Shown here piece after piece: positions 13,808 through 24,000 of a stretch of DNA of 24,000 nt. The stretch spans positions 1 through 24,000 of the forward strand of contig JBKOWZ010000021.1 in the NCBI GenBank assembly GCA_046724665.1. The letters run 5' to 3'. The position numbers and the translations under genes are program-made. Under the pieces are notes generated by a model. The model was given only the letters and a program-made list of their open reading frames with translations. It ran no database searches and was not told the DNA's origin. How positions within the stretch are numbered: the first letter of the stretch is position 1; each line of letters opens with the position of its first letter. Source of the stretch: Actinomycetota bacterium (lineage in GTDB: Bacteria; Actinomycetota; Actinomycetes; Streptomycetales; Catenulisporaceae).

Positions 13808-16318
13808 TCACCGGTCCTGAAGCCTGGCCGCGGCGACGGCGGCCTGTCCGTAGCTGATCCCGCCGTCGTTGCAGGGGACTCGCTGGTTGATGAAGACATC
13901 GAAGCCCGATGCTTCGAGTCCTGAGATGGCGGTCGCGGCGAGCCTGCGGTTCTGCCACACGCCGCCGGACAGGCAGACCGGCTTCGCGCCGACGACGCGC
14001 GCCGCGCATTTGACGAGCGCCATGGTCACCTCGGCGATCGTCTCGTGAAAGCCCGCCGCGAGCCGCGAGACCGGCACTTGCGCGGCGACGCCGTCGAGCA
14101 GCGCGGCCAGCGTCGGGCGCGGGTCGTAGACCCACAGTCCGTCGGCGCGGGTAAGCCGCCAGGGAAGTGCTGGCGCGCAGACGCCGGCCGCCGCGTTCTC
14201 CAATGCGATGGCCGCTTCGCCCTCGAAGCTGACCGGGCCCCCCGGGCGCAGCGCCTCGGGCAGGCCGAGGATCGCGGCGGCAGCGTCGAACAGCCGTCCC
14301 GCGCTCGAGGCGGCCGGGCTGTTGATCCGCCGCGCGATCATCCGCAGAAGGGTGGACACTTCGGGGGGATCGAGCCGGTCGGTGAAGCGGCGCACCGCGT
14401 CCGGGTCGAATGTCACGGCCTTCCCGTCACGGTGCGAGTTCGCGTCCGGGCTGTCGAGCGTTTCCAGCCCGGCGAGGTAGCCAAGCGCCATCCGTGCCGG
14501 ACGCAGCACCGCTGCCGCGCCACCTGGCAGCGGGGCGCGGGCGAACCGGCCGAGGCGGGTGTAGCCGCTCAGGTTGGCGACCATGACTTCGCCGCCCCAC
14601 AGCGTGCCGTCGTCGCCGAGCCCGAGTCCGTCGTACGCGACGCCGATCACGTCCTCGAGCCCGTGCTCGGCGGCGCACGACGCGATGTGCGCGTGGTGGT
14701 GCTGGACGGTGATCCGCCGGTCCTCCGGGAAGCGCGCGGCGTACTGCGTCGAGAGGTAGCCGGGGTGCAGATCGCAGGCTACGTACTCGGGCGCGATCCC
14801 GTGCAGGCGGCTCAGCCGCGCCAGACTGCGGGTGAACGCGTCGTGCGTCGCCGCGTCTTCGAGGTCTCCGATATGTGCGCTGGTGATGGCCGTGGCGCGG
14901 TGCGCGAGCGTGAAGGTGTGCTTGAGCTGCGCGCCTACCGCCAGCAGCGGACGGCGCGCGGGAACCGACAGCGGTAGGGGCGCCGGGGCGTAACCGCGGG
15001 CGCGGCGCACGATGGTCGGCCGGTCGGCGATGATCGCGGTCACCGAGTCGTCGTAGCGGGCCAGGATCGGCCGGTCGTGCGCGCAGACGCCGTCCGCGAC
15101 CGAGCGCAGCCGCTGCCACGCGGTCTCGTCGTCGATGACGATCGGCTCGCCGCCGAGGTTGCCGCTGGTCACCACCAGCGGACGGTCGAGCGCGCGCAGC
15201 AGCAGGTGGTGCAGCGGCGTGGTCGGCAGGAACAGCCCCAGCGTGGGGCTCTCGCAGCGCACCGAGGCGGCGATCGGCGCCCGGCCTTGCGGCAAGCGCG
15301 GCTCGGCCAGCACGATCGGGCGTACCGGGCCCGTCATCACTCGGTGCTCGGCTGCGCCCAGCGGCGCGTAGCGGACCGCCGTGCGGATGTCGGCGACCAT
15401 CACGGCCAGCGGCTTGCTCGGCCGGTGCTTGCGCTTGCGCAACAGCGCGACCGCGCCTTCGTTCGTCGCGTCGCAGACGAACTGGTAGCCGCCGAGCCCC
15501 TTCAGCGCGATGATGTCGCCCGCCGCCACGCACGCGATCGCGGCGCTCAGCGCGCTCTCGCCCACGGCTTCCTCGCCCGGCGCGGTGTTCGCGCCATCGC
15601 GCCAGGTAAGCTGCGGGCCGCAGTCGGGGCAGGCGACCGGCTCGGCGTGGAAGCGGCGGTTCGCCGGGTCGCGGTACTCGGCCGCACATGCGTCGCAGAG
15701 CTCGAATCCGGCCATCGCGGTGCGATGCCGGTCGTAGGGCAGGCCGTCGATGATGGTGGCGCGCGGGCCACAGTCTACGCAGTTGATGAACGGGTACCGG
15801 TAGCGCCGGTCGTCCGGGTCGAAGAGTTCTGCCAGGCACGCGTCGCAGATCGCCGCGTCCGGTGGGACGTCGCGGTGCGCGGGTGTCGGCTCACCGCTGC
15901 CGGTCCCGGCGCTGCCGCCGCCCTGCTCGGCCTCGCACGCCGACGACTCCTCGATGACGAACCCCGCCGCAATACCCCCGACCCGCGCGGGCAGCTGCAC
16001 CAGCGCGGTGATCACGGCCAGCGGCGGGGCCTCAGCGCGCAGCCGCGCCTCGAAAGCGTCGAGCGTCGCCGGGCGGCCTTCCGCGTCGATCAGCACCGTG
16101 CCGCCGGTGTTGCGCACGCGGCCGCTGAGCGCCAACTCGGTCGCCAGCCGGTGGACGAAGGGCCGGAAGCCGACGCCCTGCACGGTGCCGCGCACCTCCC
16201 AGCGCCGCCGCTCGTGGCCGGGGCGCGGTGTCGGCGCGTCGTCGTCGCGGCGGCCTGTGCACCCCTGCGCCGGGTGGCCGTAGTGGGCGTGCGGCAGATG
16301 CGGCGGCGTAACGGTCAT
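13808..16318 (-). CDS. hypF: Carbamoyltransferase HypF
   Basis: Acylphosphatase motif VRGTVQGVGFRPFVHRLA. Two zinc-finger pairs: CDACLAELFDPDDRRYRYPFINCVDCGPR and CDACAAEYRDPANRRFHAEPVACPDCGP. YrdC- and Kae1-like regions follow. I chose ATG 16318 (MTVTPP...), which overlaps the upstream stop as ATGA. Confidence 0.9.
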   Translation of the reverse strand: MTVTPPHLPHAHYGHPAQGCTGRRDDDAPTPRPGHERRRWEVRGTVQGVGFRPFVHRLATELALSGRVRNTGGTVLIDAEGRPATLDAFEARLRAEAPPLAVITALVQLPARVGGIAAGFVIEESSACEAEQGGGSAGTGSGEPTPAHRDVPPDAAICDACLAELFDPDDRRYRYPFINCVDCGPRATIIDGLPYDRHRTAMAGFELCDACAAEYRDPANRRFHAEPVACPDCGPQLTWRDGANTAPGEEAVGESALSAAIACVAAGDIIALKGLGGYQFVCDATNEGAVALLRKRKHRPSKPLAVMVADIRTAVRYAPLGAAEHRVMTGPVRPIVLAEPRLPQGRAPIAASVRCESPTLGLFLPTTPLHHLLLRALDRPLVVTSGNLGGEPIVIDDETAWQRLRSVADGVCAHDRPILARYDDSVTAIIADRPTIVRRARGYAPAPLPLSVPARRPLLAVGAQLKHTFTLAHRATAITSAHIGDLEDAATHDAFTRSLARLSRLHGIAPEYVACDLHPGYLSTQYAARFPEDRRITVQHHHAHIASCAAEHGLEDVIGVAYDGLGLGDDGTLWGGEVMVANLSGYTRLGRFARAPLPGGAAAVLRPARMALGYLAGLETLDSPDANSHRDGKAVTFDPDAVRRFTDRLDPPEVSTLLRMIARRINSPAASSAGRLFDAAAAILGLPEALRPGGPVSFEGEAAIALENAAAGVCAPALPWRLTRADGLWVYDPRPTLAALLDGVAAQVPVSRLAAGFHETIAEVTMALVKCAARVVGAKPVCLSGGVWQNRRLAATAISGLEASGFDVFINQRVPCNDGGISYGQAAVAAARLQDR

Positions 16319-16977
16319 ATCCTCAGCGTGGCGCGCGGGGACAGCACTCTGGCAGGGCCGCCCGGCCGCGACGAGCCGGGACCTTCGGCCCGATGACCGA
16401 GCGGAAGCGAGCCGAGCACTTCCCGGGTGATCCGGTTCACCAGCTGCGGAACCGCCATCGACACCGGCCGGGACAGCGGCGCGCCGAGCCGGAACTCCCG
16501 GCCGTGCACGGCGTAGAGGATCAGCCGGCCGGGCAGCCGGTCGAGCACCTGGCCGAGCCGCACCGCCGCACCGAGCCCGGCCGCATGGCTGTTGCCCTCC
16601 GGCTCGGTCCAAGCGCGGACGCTTGTGCCCGAGTGGGGGTCAACGCTGCTGCCGCCGCCACCGATGCGCGGCTCTGGCCGCCGCGCTCCGCCGGGCCGTG
16701 GCGGTACGGCGTCGGACGTCAGGTCGCGCCGATAGACGAAGCCGTAACGTTCCGCGCCGCCGCGTACCGCGTCGACGACCAGCGCGCAGCGGTAGCCCTC
16801 CCAGAGGTCGATCATCCGGGCCGGCTCGCCGTCGCAGCGCGCGAGCTGCACCCGGCCGCCGAGGCCGGGCTGGACCCGCAGGGCCTCGATGACCGCGGCG
16901 CCGAACCCGTCGTCGCCGCGCAGCTCGGTGCCGACACCGATGACGATGATCTGCGGGTCCTGACTCACTGGTCTCAC
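16315..16977 (-). CDS. Hydrogenase maturation endopeptidase (HycI/HoxW/HybD family)
   Basis: Motifs are IIVIGVGTELRGDDGFG, ALVVDAV and SHAAGLG. The start is taken as the GTG at 16977, overlapping the large-subunit TGA (GTGA); an alternative GTG is at 16968. It has an unusually long Pro/Gly-rich spacer between the Asp and His motifs. Confidence 0.8.
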   Translation of the reverse strand: MRPVSQDPQIIVIGVGTELRGDDGFGAAVIEALRVQPGLGGRVQLARCDGEPARMIDLWEGYRCALVVDAVRGGAERYGFVYRRDLTSDAVPPRPGGARRPEPRIGGGGSSVDPHSGTSVRAWTEPEGNSHAAGLGAAVRLGQVLDRLPGRLILYAVHGREFRLGAPLSRPVSMAVPQLVNRITREVLGSLPLGHRAEGPGSSRPGGPARVLSPRATLRI

Positions 16978-18320
16978 CTTCTCGTCACGTCGAGGTCCAC
17001 ACGGTGCAAATCCAGGAAGTGCGCGGAGCAGGAGATGCAGGGGTCGTAGTTGCGGATCGCCTGCTCGCAGTGCAGGGTCAGGTGCGCGTCGTCGAGGTGC
17101 GCCCCGGCCTGCACGACCAGGCGCAGGTCGGCCTCGATGGCGGCCTGGTTCTGCGCGGTGGGCGGCACGATGCGCGCCGCGGTGATCAGGCCGCGCTCGT
17201 CGAGGTCGTAGCGGTGGTAGAGCAGCCCGCGCGGCGCCTCGGTCGCCCCGAAGCCGCGGCCGGCACGCGGCTCGACCGGCACGAACGGCGGGTCCGGCGG
17301 CTCGTAGGCTTCGATGATGGCGCGTGCCTCGTCCACCGCCTGCACGATCTCCACCGCCCGCACCAGCACCGAGCGGAACGGATTGCGCTCGGACACCGAC
17401 AGCCCGATCTCGTGCGCCGCGCCGGCGGCCGCGTCCCACAGCCGAGAACCGGCCAGGTTGTAGCGCGCCAGCGGACCGGTGAGGTATGTGCCCACGCCTC
17501 TGAGGTGCGCATGCAGCGCGGTCGAATGCGGGACCTGCTTCTCGCTGATGTAGTTCTCGAAGTCCGGCAGCGGGAAGCCGATCCCCGCCGTGGTGACGAC
17601 GCCGGAGCCCGCGTCGATCGGGTATCGCGCGGTGTCTCGGCCTTGCGGGTACGTGAAGTCGGCGTCGTCGAGGGCGAGCAGCGCGTGCGGGGTCTCGAAA
17701 TCCGGGAAGTCGAAGTCGGCCGCCCAGCGCAGAGTCTCGAGCGTCGCCGTCAGCGCGTCGTCGAGCCTCGGCTTGAACGCGTCGAGCTCGTTGCGGGTGG
17801 GGGAGCGGTGGAAGCCGCCGATCCGCACGTTGATCGGGTGGATCGCCCGGCCGCCGACCAGCTCCACCAGGTCGTTGCCGGTCTTCTTCAGCGCCAGGCC
17901 GCGCGCGACCACCGCGCGGTGGTCCTTGGCCAGCTCGATCGCGTCCGGGTAGCCGAGGAAGTCGGGGGCGTGCAACATATAGATGTGCAGGGCATGACTC
18001 TCGATCCACTCGCCGCAGTACAGCAGCCGGCGCAGCGCCCTGATCTGTGGCGGTATCCACGTGCCGCACGCGTCCTCGATCGCGCGGCAGGCGCTGAGCT
18101 GATAGGCGACCGGGCAGATCCCGCACACCCGCGCGGTGATGTCCGGCGGCTCGGTGTAGGAGCGCCCGCGCAGGAAGGCCTCGAAGAAGCGCGGCGGCTC
18201 GTAGATGTTCAGCTGCGCCTCCGTCACGCGGCCGTGGTCGAGTACGACGCGGAGCGCGCCCTCGCCCTCGACCCGTGCGAGCGATCCCACTTCCAGGAGC
18301 CGTTCTTGACGATGCGTCAT
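16974..18320 (-). CDS. hyhL: [NiFe]-hydrogenase large (alpha) subunit, group 3b type
   Basis: 448 aa from ATG 18320 (MTHRQERLLEV...). The N-terminal Ni-binding motif is RVCGICP, and the C-terminal one is DPCISCSAH followed by a 14-aa cleavable extension. It is group-3-like in size and lacks a membrane-bound-type N-terminus. Confidence 0.9.
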   Translation of the reverse strand: MTHRQERLLEVGSLARVEGEGALRVVLDHGRVTEAQLNIYEPPRFFEAFLRGRSYTEPPDITARVCGICPVAYQLSACRAIEDACGTWIPPQIRALRRLLYCGEWIESHALHIYMLHAPDFLGYPDAIELAKDHRAVVARGLALKKTGNDLVELVGGRAIHPINVRIGGFHRSPTRNELDAFKPRLDDALTATLETLRWAADFDFPDFETPHALLALDDADFTYPQGRDTARYPIDAGSGVVTTAGIGFPLPDFENYISEKQVPHSTALHAHLRGVGTYLTGPLARYNLAGSRLWDAAAGAAHEIGLSVSERNPFRSVLVRAVEIVQAVDEARAIIEAYEPPDPPFVPVEPRAGRGFGATEAPRGLLYHRYDLDERGLITAARIVPPTAQNQAAIEADLRLVVQAGAHLDDAHLTLHCEQAIRNYDPCISCSAHFLDLHRVDLDVTRR

Positions 18321-18322
18321 GG

Positions 18323-19159
18323 TCAGCCGCCGCCCTTCTCGTCGCGTGCCGCCGCAGTCGTCGCCGCCTGCTCGATTCGCTCGCCGATCGCGCGGAACGC
18401 CGGATCGGCCGGGTTGGCCGAGGTGAGCGTGCGCAGCAGCGCGTCCGGCGACGCGCCGTCGGCCATCAGCAGGCGGGACATGGCACCCACCCGGGCCTGC
18501 CGGGTCGAGCCGAAGCACCCGAAGCAGCCGCGCTGGAAGGCGGGGCACAGCGCGCCGCAGCCGGCGTGCGTGACCGGACCGAGGCACGGCGTGCCGTGCG
18601 CGACGGTGACGCAGACTGTGCCGCGCGCCTTGCACTCGTAGCAGACGCTGCGATCCGGGATCGTCGGCGTGCGCCCGGCCAGGTACGCGGTGATCACTTC
18701 GAGCAGTTGGCCGCGGTCCACCGGGCAGCCGCGCAGTTCGTAGTCGACCTTCACGTGGTCGCGGATCGGCGTCGAGTCCTTCAGTGTGCTGAGGTACTGC
18801 GGGCTGGCGTAGACGGCCGAGGCGTACTCGGCGACGTCGGCGTAGTTCCGCAAGGCCTGGATGCCGCCGCTGGTTCCGCAGGCCCCGAGCACGACCAGGT
18901 AGCGCGACTGCTCGCGTACCCCGCGGATGCGCTCGGCGTCCTCGGGTGTGGTGATCGAGCCCTCGACGAGCGAGAGGTCGTACGGACCCGGCGCGACCGA
19001 GCGCGTGGCCTCGGGGAACGACGCGATGCGCACCCGCCCCGCGATAGCGAGCAGTTCGTCCTCGCAGTCGAGCAGGGAGAGCTGGCAGCCGTCGCAGGAG
19101 GCGAACTTCCACACGGCGAGAGTCGGTGTGGCCGCTGCGGCCGGCGTGGACACGGACAT
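18323..19159 (-). CDS. hyhS: [NiFe]-hydrogenase small (delta) subunit, group 3b type (NuoB/20-kDa-like Fe-S protein)
   Basis: 278 aa. Motifs are [24 protein letters not shown] and the distal Cys cluster [11 protein letters not shown]...GCGALCP...GCFGCFG. There is no Tat signal peptide, so it is cytosolic. Confidence 0.9.
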   Translation of the reverse strand: MSVSTPAAAATPTLAVWKFASCDGCQLSLLDCEDELLAIAGRVRIASFPEATRSVAPGPYDLSLVEGSITTPEDAERIRGVREQSRYLVVLGACGTSGGIQALRNYADVAEYASAVYASPQYLSTLKDSTPIRDHVKVDYELRGCPVDRGQLLEVITAYLAGRTPTIPDRSVCYECKARGTVCVTVAHGTPCLGPVTHAGCGALCPAFQRGCFGCFGSTRQARVGAMSRLLMADGASPDALLRTLTSANPADPAFRAIGERIEQAATTAAARDEKGGG

Positions 19160-19162
19160 GGT

Positions 19163-20047
19163 TCACAGCTCCTTGACGTCGAGTAGCGGCGCGGCGTGCC
19201 GGTACGTGACGCACGGACCGTCGCGGCAGATCAGGTCCGGACCCAGCTGGCAGTGCCCGCACACGCCGATGCCGCACTTCATCGAGCGTTCGAGCGAGAG
19301 CATGATCCGCTCGTCCGATGCGCCGCGCGCCACCAGCGCCTCGGCGGCGGCGGTCATCATCACCTCGGGCCCGCAAACGAACGCCGTCGTCCACGCGCCG
19401 TCGATCCGAACATCGGCCAACGGCGCCGTCACCAGGCCGACCGGGCCGTCCCACGGCGTGCCATCGTCGCTCGGCCCCGGCCGGTCCACGGTCACTCGCA
19501 GGTCCACTCCGCACGCGCGCCAGGCCTCGTATTCGCGCGTGTAGAGCAGGTCGGCTGGCGTGCGCGCGCCGACCACCAGCGTGATCCGGCCGAACCGGCG
19601 GCGTTGCGCGGCCAGGCCGTAGACCACCGGACGCAGCGGCGCGAGCCCGAGCCCGCCGGCGACCACCACGACGTCCCCGCGCGGCCAGCCGTCCGTCAGC
19701 CAGCCGCGACCGAAGGGACCACGCACGCCGAGCACGTCGCCGGGACGCGCCGCGGCGATCGCGTGCGAGACCGCGCCGACGTCGCGCACCGTGTGCACGA
19801 GCCGGTCCTGGCGGAAGGGATCGCCGCTCACCGAGATCGGGATCTCGCCGACGCCGAACGCGTAGAGCATGGTGAACTGGCCCGGCTCCCAACTCGGCAG
19901 CGGAGTCGCGACGGGTTCGAGCACGAGGGTGACCGTGTCGTAGGACTCCCGATGCGAGGCGTGGACCAGGTACGGGAGCGGCGCCATCGTCGGCTCCATC
20001 TGCGATCCCTGCTTCTGGTCCGGCCGTGAGTCGATGAAGATGCTCAT
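19163..20047 (-). CDS. hyhG: Hydrogenase gamma subunit: FNR/PyrK-like FAD/NAD(P)-binding protein with a C-terminal [2Fe-2S] site
   Basis: The start is ATG 20047, overlapping the beta-subunit stop (ATGA). Motifs are PGQFTMLYAFGVGEIPIS, VVVAGGLGLAPL and CGIGVCGHCQLGPDLICRDGPC. Confidence 0.85.
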   Translation of the reverse strand: MSIFIDSRPDQKQGSQMEPTMAPLPYLVHASHRESYDTVTLVLEPVATPLPSWEPGQFTMLYAFGVGEIPISVSGDPFRQDRLVHTVRDVGAVSHAIAAARPGDVLGVRGPFGRGWLTDGWPRGDVVVVAGGLGLAPLRPVVYGLAAQRRRFGRITLVVGARTPADLLYTREYEAWRACGVDLRVTVDRPGPSDDGTPWDGPVGLVTAPLADVRIDGAWTTAFVCGPEVMMTAAAEALVARGASDERIMLSLERSMKCGIGVCGHCQLGPDLICRDGPCVTYRHAAPLLDVKEL

Positions 20048-21275
20048 TCGTCGTTCGCCTCCAGCGCCCACTCATCCTGGAGGGCGCGCAGTTCCTCGGT
20101 CAGGTCGATGCCGGCCGGGCACCACGCGATGCACCGGCCGCAGCCCACGCAGCCGGAGCTGCCGAACTGGTCCTGCCAGGTGCCGAACTTGTGGGTCAGC
20201 CACTGCCGGTAGCGGCTCTCGACGCTGGCGCGCACCTCGCCGCCGTGCACGTAGGAGAAGTCGAGGTCGAAGCAGGACGCCCAACTGTTCCAGCGTTCGG
20301 CGTGCTCGCCGGTCAGGTCGGTGGTGTCCTCGGTCGTGGTGCAGAAGCAGGTCGGGCACACCAGCGTGCAGTTGCCGCAGACGAGGCAGCGCTGCGCGAT
20401 GTCGCTCCAGTGCTTCGCGTCCACCGAGGCGGCCATCAGGGAACGCAGATCGACGGTCGGGAGCGCGGGCCGCCCGGACTGGAGCCGTGGCTGTGACCCG
20501 GACTGGACCTCGGCTGCGTAGGCGACCGCTCGACGCGCCGCTGTCACGGTCCCGCCGTCCGCCGGTGCGTGCGCGACGCGCGCCAACACCTCAGCGCCCC
20601 GACACGAGCCGCTGCGCACGAGGAGCCGGTGCCCACCGTGATCATCGACTTCTGTCAGCAGAAGGTCGTAGCGCGGCGCCCCCGGTGCCTGCGCCGGTGT
20701 GGCGCCCGGACCGCAATTCGTACCCTGTGACACCGAAGCGCTGACGCAGAAACAGGTCTCGGCTGGCTCGGTGCACTCGACCGCGACGATGAACGCTCGT
20801 GCCCTGCGCACCGCGTAGGCGGACCTAGCGCCTGCCGTGAGCATGACCCGGTCCAAAACCGTCAGCGCACGCAGATCGCAGGGTCGCACGCCTAGGAATG
20901 CCAGCGGCGGCTCGTCCTGCGCGTCCGGCTCGGTGACCACGAAGCCGCCGCCACCGCCATCGGTGCGGCCGTCACTGCCATCGGACGTCCGGTCGGCGTC
21001 CAGGATCTTCTCACGCGGCGGCCGCAGGAACCGCTTCCACGGCATCGGCCCGACCGCGCCCGCGAACAGCATCCGGTCGCCGCGCTCGGTGAGCCGGTAG
21101 TGTCCGGGGCCGGTCTCGACTCCGACCCCCCACGGCAACTCGGCTCCGCTGCGGACCTCGTCGAGCACCAGCGCGCCTTCCCTGGCGATCGGCGCGATGA
21201 CGCGGTATCCGCGTCGGCGCAGCTCCGCCACGAGGGCCGCGACGCCGGTCGCGGGCATCTGCGACGGGTCCGTGG

Positions 21276-21279
<4 letters not shown>
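20044..21279 (-). CDS. hyhB: Hydrogenase beta subunit: 4Fe-4S dicluster protein (sulfhydrogenase HydB-like)
   Basis: 411 aa. Ferredoxin-type motifs are CLVCGNCTLVCPTCFC and CVGCGRCIAWCPAGIDL. The start ATG 21279 overlaps the ppdK stop (ATGA). Confidence 0.85.

Positions 21280-24000
<2,721 letters not shown>

Noticed and set aside
18321-20075. N-terminal 585 codons of the 1033-aa track ORF (16974-20075), and the analogous upstream extensions of 16315-18126 and 13808-16612
   Set aside because: The extensions run through the small-, gamma- and large-subunit or protease genes in a different frame and translate to Arg/Pro-rich nonsense. The internal starts (18320, 16977, 16318) give proteins that begin at the expected family N-termini and sit at coupled start/stop junctions.

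Overview
High-G+C, actinomycete-type chromosomal DNA with tightly packed genes. I support 21 CDS and found no rRNA, tRNA, CRISPR array, transposase or integrase. There are three parts. (1) nt 1-9616 is a stress/dormancy-type island. It holds five universal stress proteins (USP), two paralogous CBS-pair+BON proteins, and one PPOX-family ORF that runs in frame into a CBS-pair domain. It also holds a lysine-acetylation pair: an AcuC/HDAC-type deacetylase and a GNAT + NDP-forming acyl-CoA-synthetase (Pat-like) acetyltransferase. (2) nt 9617-11305 is a compositionally atypical wedge. About 750 nt have no credible CDS but contain a candidate promoter and a roughly 400-nt AT-richer, hairpin-rich leader. 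An orphan 290-aa gene follows, whose only recognisable feature is a ParB/Srx-like 'NGYHR...VPAVV' motif, and the wedge ends at a perfect 10-bp-stem hairpin. This is the least explained part of the window and my best candidate for something undescribed. (3) nt 11310-24000 is one minus-strand operon: ppdK, a four-subunit group 3b [NiFe]-hydrogenase (beta, gamma, small, large), the maturation endopeptidase, then hypF-hypC-hypD-hypE. Five junctions are 4-nt start/stop overlaps (ATGA or GTGA). The many long ORFs antisense to these genes are treated as high-GC artefacts. All family calls come from reading motifs by eye; no database search was run.
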